Assembly (NCBI RefSeq): GCF_009834535.1
Contig: NC_045697.1
Coordinates: 1,428,001-1,492,000, forward strand
Reading direction: 5' to 3'
DNA: 64,000 bases
DNA from: Camelus ferus
Taxonomy: Eukaryota
In this document: positions 60,307 through 64,000 of the stretch, piece by piece
Layout: every line of letters starts with the position of its first letter
Numbering within the stretch: position 1 is the first letter of the stretch
Position numbers and translations under genes: made by a program
The notes under the pieces: model-generated
Databases searched by the model: none
What the model saw: only the letters and a program-made list of their open reading frames with translations
What the model was told of the DNA's origin: nothing

Positions 60307-62232
60307 TCATGGAGTGAGTTTGGGAGTGCTCCCTCCTGTTCAGTCTTTTGGAAGAGTTTGAGAAGGATCCATATGAATTCTTCTTTGTGTGTTTGGTAGA
60401 ATTCCCCAGTGAAGACATTTAGTCTTGGATTTTTGTTTACAGGGAGGTTTTTTTTTTATTGCTGATTCTGTTTCACTTCTAGTGTTCAGTCTGTTCAAAT
60501 TGCCTATTTCTTCTTGATTCAGTTTTGGTGTACTGTATGTTTCTAGAAATTTGTTTATTTCTTCTAGGTTGTCCAGTTTATCACCATATAGTTGTTCATA
60601 GTATTCTCTTATTTATTTATTTTTTCCCTTGTGGTGGTGGTTGTAATGACTCCATTTTCCTTTCTTTTTTTACTTGTGTCCTCTCTTTTCATTTTGGAGA
60701 GTTTGGCCAGAGATATGTCAATTTTGTTAACTCTTTCAAAAAATGAGCTCTTGGTTTGATTCATTTTTCTTTTTTTTTTTATTTTTGTTTTATTTGTTTC
60801 CTCCCTGATCTTTCTTATTTCTTTCCTTCTGCTGACTTCAGGTTTTGTGTGTTCTTCTTTTTCTGATTCTTCTAGATGGTAGTTTAGGTTGTTTGCGATT
60901 TGTTCTTGCTTTTTGAGGAAGGTCTGAATTGTGAGCTTCTCTCTTAGGACTGCTTTTGCTACATCCCATGGATTTTGTGTGGATATGTTTACATTGTCAT
61001 TTGTCTCAAGGAGTTTTTAAATTTCTTCTTTGATTTCATCATTGACCCACTGGTTTTTTAGTAGCATGCTGTTTAGTCTTCATGCAGTCATTTTTTCCTC
61101 ATTTTTCTTTCTGTGGTTGATTTCTTGTTTTATGCCACTGTCGTCAGAAAAGATGCTTGCGATAGTTTCTATCTTAAATTTGTTGAGGCTTCTTTTGTGC
61201 CCAAGTATCCTAGAGAATGATCCATATGCACTTGAAAAGAATGTATATTCTGTTTTGGGGGGGATGTGATGTCCAGAAAATATCAATTAAGTGTAACTGT
61301 TCTATTGTGTCATTTGGTATCTCCATTGCTTTATTGGCTTTCTGTCTGGAGGATCTGTCCAATGATGTTCGTGGGTGTTAAAGTCTCCAACTATTATTGT
61401 AGTCCCATCAATTTCTCCCTTAATGTCTGTTAGTATTTGTCCTATATGTTTAGGTGCTCCTTTATTGGGTGCATACATGTTAATGAGTGTAACATCCTCA
61501 TTTTGAATTGCTCCTTTTATCATTACATAGTGTCCTTTATCTTTCTTTATGGCCTTTGTTTTAAAGTCTATTTTGTCTGATATGAGTATTGCTACCCCAG
61601 TTTTCATGTCATTTCTATTTGCATGAATTATCTTTTTCTATCCTCTTACTTTCAATCTATGTGTGTCCTTCATTCTAAAATGGGTCTCTTGTAGGCAACA
61701 TATTGTAGGCTCTTGTTTTATTATTCCACCTGCCACTCTGTCTTTTGATTGGAGCATTTAGTTCATTGACATTTACAGTAATTATTGGTAGATGTGTTTA
61801 TTGCCATTTTAAACTCTGTTATCCAGTTGATTTTGTGTTTCTTCTTTGTTCCTTTCTGTTTCTTTTTGTTTTTCCTTTTGTGGTTTGATAATTTATTTTT
61901 GTGTTAGCTTGATTTCTTTGTGGTTTTTTTGACTCTATTGTATGCTTTTGATTTGTGTCTACCCTGTTTTTCAAATATATTAACCCACTACTCTATCTCT
62001 TTGTTTTAGACTGGTAATCATATAGGCCCAAACACATCCTAAAAGGAATGGGGAAAAAATCTGTTTTCTTATTCCCCTCTCCCACATTTTATGATTTTGC
62101 TGTCCTCTTTTACAACTTCATGTTTATTCTCGTGGTATTCATTGTAGTTAACACATCTCCAATTGTGGTTTTCTTTTTTCTGTAGAATCCTGCTTCTTTC
62201 CTATTTAGAGAAGACCTTTCAATATTTCTTTT

Positions 62233-62352
62233 GTGTGTGTGGGGGTAATTAGGCTTATTTATTTATTCTTCAAGGAAGTACTGGAGATTGAACCCAGGAC
62301 CTCATGCATGCCAAGCATGCACTCTTAACCATTTGAGCTATACTCTCCCCCC
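62233..62352 (-). mobile_element. Vic-1-like SINE inserted at the L1 ORF1 C-terminus
   Basis: Perfect 14-bp TSD TCAATATTTCTTTT at 62219-62232 and 62353-62366. Confidence 0.9.
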
Positions 62353-64000
62353 TCAATATTTCTTTTAGGATAGGTTTAGTATTGCAGTATTCTTTTAGTT
62401 TTTGCTTGTCTGAGGAATTCTTTATCTCTCCTATTCTAAAGGATAGTCTTGCTGGGTAGAGTATCCTAGGTTGTAGGTTTTTCTCTTTCAGGACTTTGAA
62501 TATATTTTGCCACTCCTTTTTGGCCAGCAGTATGTCTGTAGAGAAATCAGCTGATAGCGTTATGGAGTTTCCCTTGTAACTAATTCTTAATTTTTCTCTT
62601 GCTGCCTTTAGAATCATTTTGTTATCTTCAGCCTTGGCCATCTTAATTATAACATGTCTTGGTATAGGTCTGTTTGGATTCATCTTGTTTGGGACCCTCT
62701 GTGCTTCCTGTCCTTAGGTATCTGTTTCCTTCTTTAGGTTTGGGAGGTTTTTGGTCATGATTTCTTCAAGTACCTTTTCAATCCCTCTTTCTCTTTCTTC
62801 TCCTTCTAGGACCCCTATTACATGTAGGTTGGCACACTTTAAATTATCCCAAAAGTCCCTTATATTGCTTTCATTTTTTTCATTTGCTTTTCTGTTTGCT
62901 GTTCTGATTGGGTCATTTTCATTATCCTGTCTTCTAAATCATTTATTCATTCTTTTGCATTAGTTAGTCTGCTGTTGACTGCCTTTAGCTCTGCTTTTAT
63001 CTCCACAATTGAGTTTTCTGACTTTAATTGGCTCCTCTTTATAGTTCTATTTCCTTTTTACAGTATTCTGCATTACTATTGATAACCTCTCTTATATCCT
63101 TCAGTACATTTATCACCTCCTTTTTGAACTCAGGATCTAGTAAGACTGTTGAGGTCTATTTCATTGTTCTTCCAGGGGATGTCTCTTGTTCTTTTAATTG
63201 GGAGTGATTCTTCTGCTTCTTCATTTTACTATATTTCCCCCACTCTATAAATTTAGGAGTAGCAATTATCTACTGTTGTCTTGAGGGCTATTTTTTTTTT
63301 AATGTGGGAGCATCCCTCTGTAGACTGTGCACATCTAATATTTTTGTCAGAAGGGTTGTTTTTAGTATGAATGGTTGCCACATCTTTCCTCTGTGTATGC
63401 TGGCTTTCACCGTCTTGGTTGGGGGTGTGTTGGGTGTTGTGGTGACCAGAGCCTGCACTGGTTTTTGAACAGGGCCTCCTCTTTGCTCTGTGATTATCAC
63501 AGCCCTGATAGGGCCTGGGTCTGCTCCCCTGTTGTTGGAGTAGACCCATTTCTGAGCTGAGGTGTGTAGTAGGTGGGACTGGTGCACTTCTAATGAAAGA
63601 GGAGCTGCTGAGTATTCCTCCGTAGGAGATATCCCACTGGAGAGTGCCCTCTGTGGTGTCATCTGCCACTCATCTGGGCTTACAGAGTAGTTTGTTGACA
63701 CTGCCATTGTGCCTGCCTCAGCTATGAGAATGTTGGCAACCCACCCTGGTGTCCCCAGGTTTTGCAGCCACACAGCCACTAGTGCAGATCCACATACACC
63801 AGGTACTAGGACCTGCCATAGTGTGTGTGCAGTTGCACACTTGATGCACCATGAGCCAGAGGGTCAGCCCAGACCCCAGCCCTGTGTCCACATACACAAG
63901 CCTACTGTTAACACCAGATGCACTCCTGCCACACACCAGAACTCTGCTCAGTTGTCACAGAGATGCAGGTCTACAAAGGCACCAGGGGAGCAAATCTGCC

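Noticed and set aside
62270..62683. 137-aa ORF fusing L1 ORF1p to a novel C-terminal tail
   Set aside because: The tail is read-through into an inserted Vic-1 SINE within a dead L1; there is no evidence of function.

Overview
Mammalian genomic DNA, almost certainly camelid (alpaca/llama/camel), because it carries seven copies of a tRNA-derived SINE matching the camelid Vic-1 family. The + strand holds the last four coding exons and 3' UTR of RNF4 (SUMO-targeted RING E3 ligase, including a 10-nt microexon). After about 11 kb of intergenic, repeat-rich DNA come a CpG-island promoter and the first coding exon of FAM193A (MSPADAKRGAKRRKNK...). The remaining ~40 kb appears to be FAM193A intron 1. 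That intron contains L1, L2, MIR, Vic-1, ERVL and hAT-Charlie relics plus two antisense processed pseudogenes (H3F3A/H3.3 and NOP16). I found no novel protein-coding system. The most notable observations are: a NOP16 retrocopy apparently made from an exon-skipped, frameshifted mRNA; patchy, strongly AT->GC-biased decay of neutral sequence; an L1 with a probable short 3' transduction; a candidate 3-nt ATG microexon; and a possible spliced antisense transcript from the FAM193A promoter. All gene and repeat identifications are by eye against remembered sequences, not database searches, and repeat boundaries are approximate.
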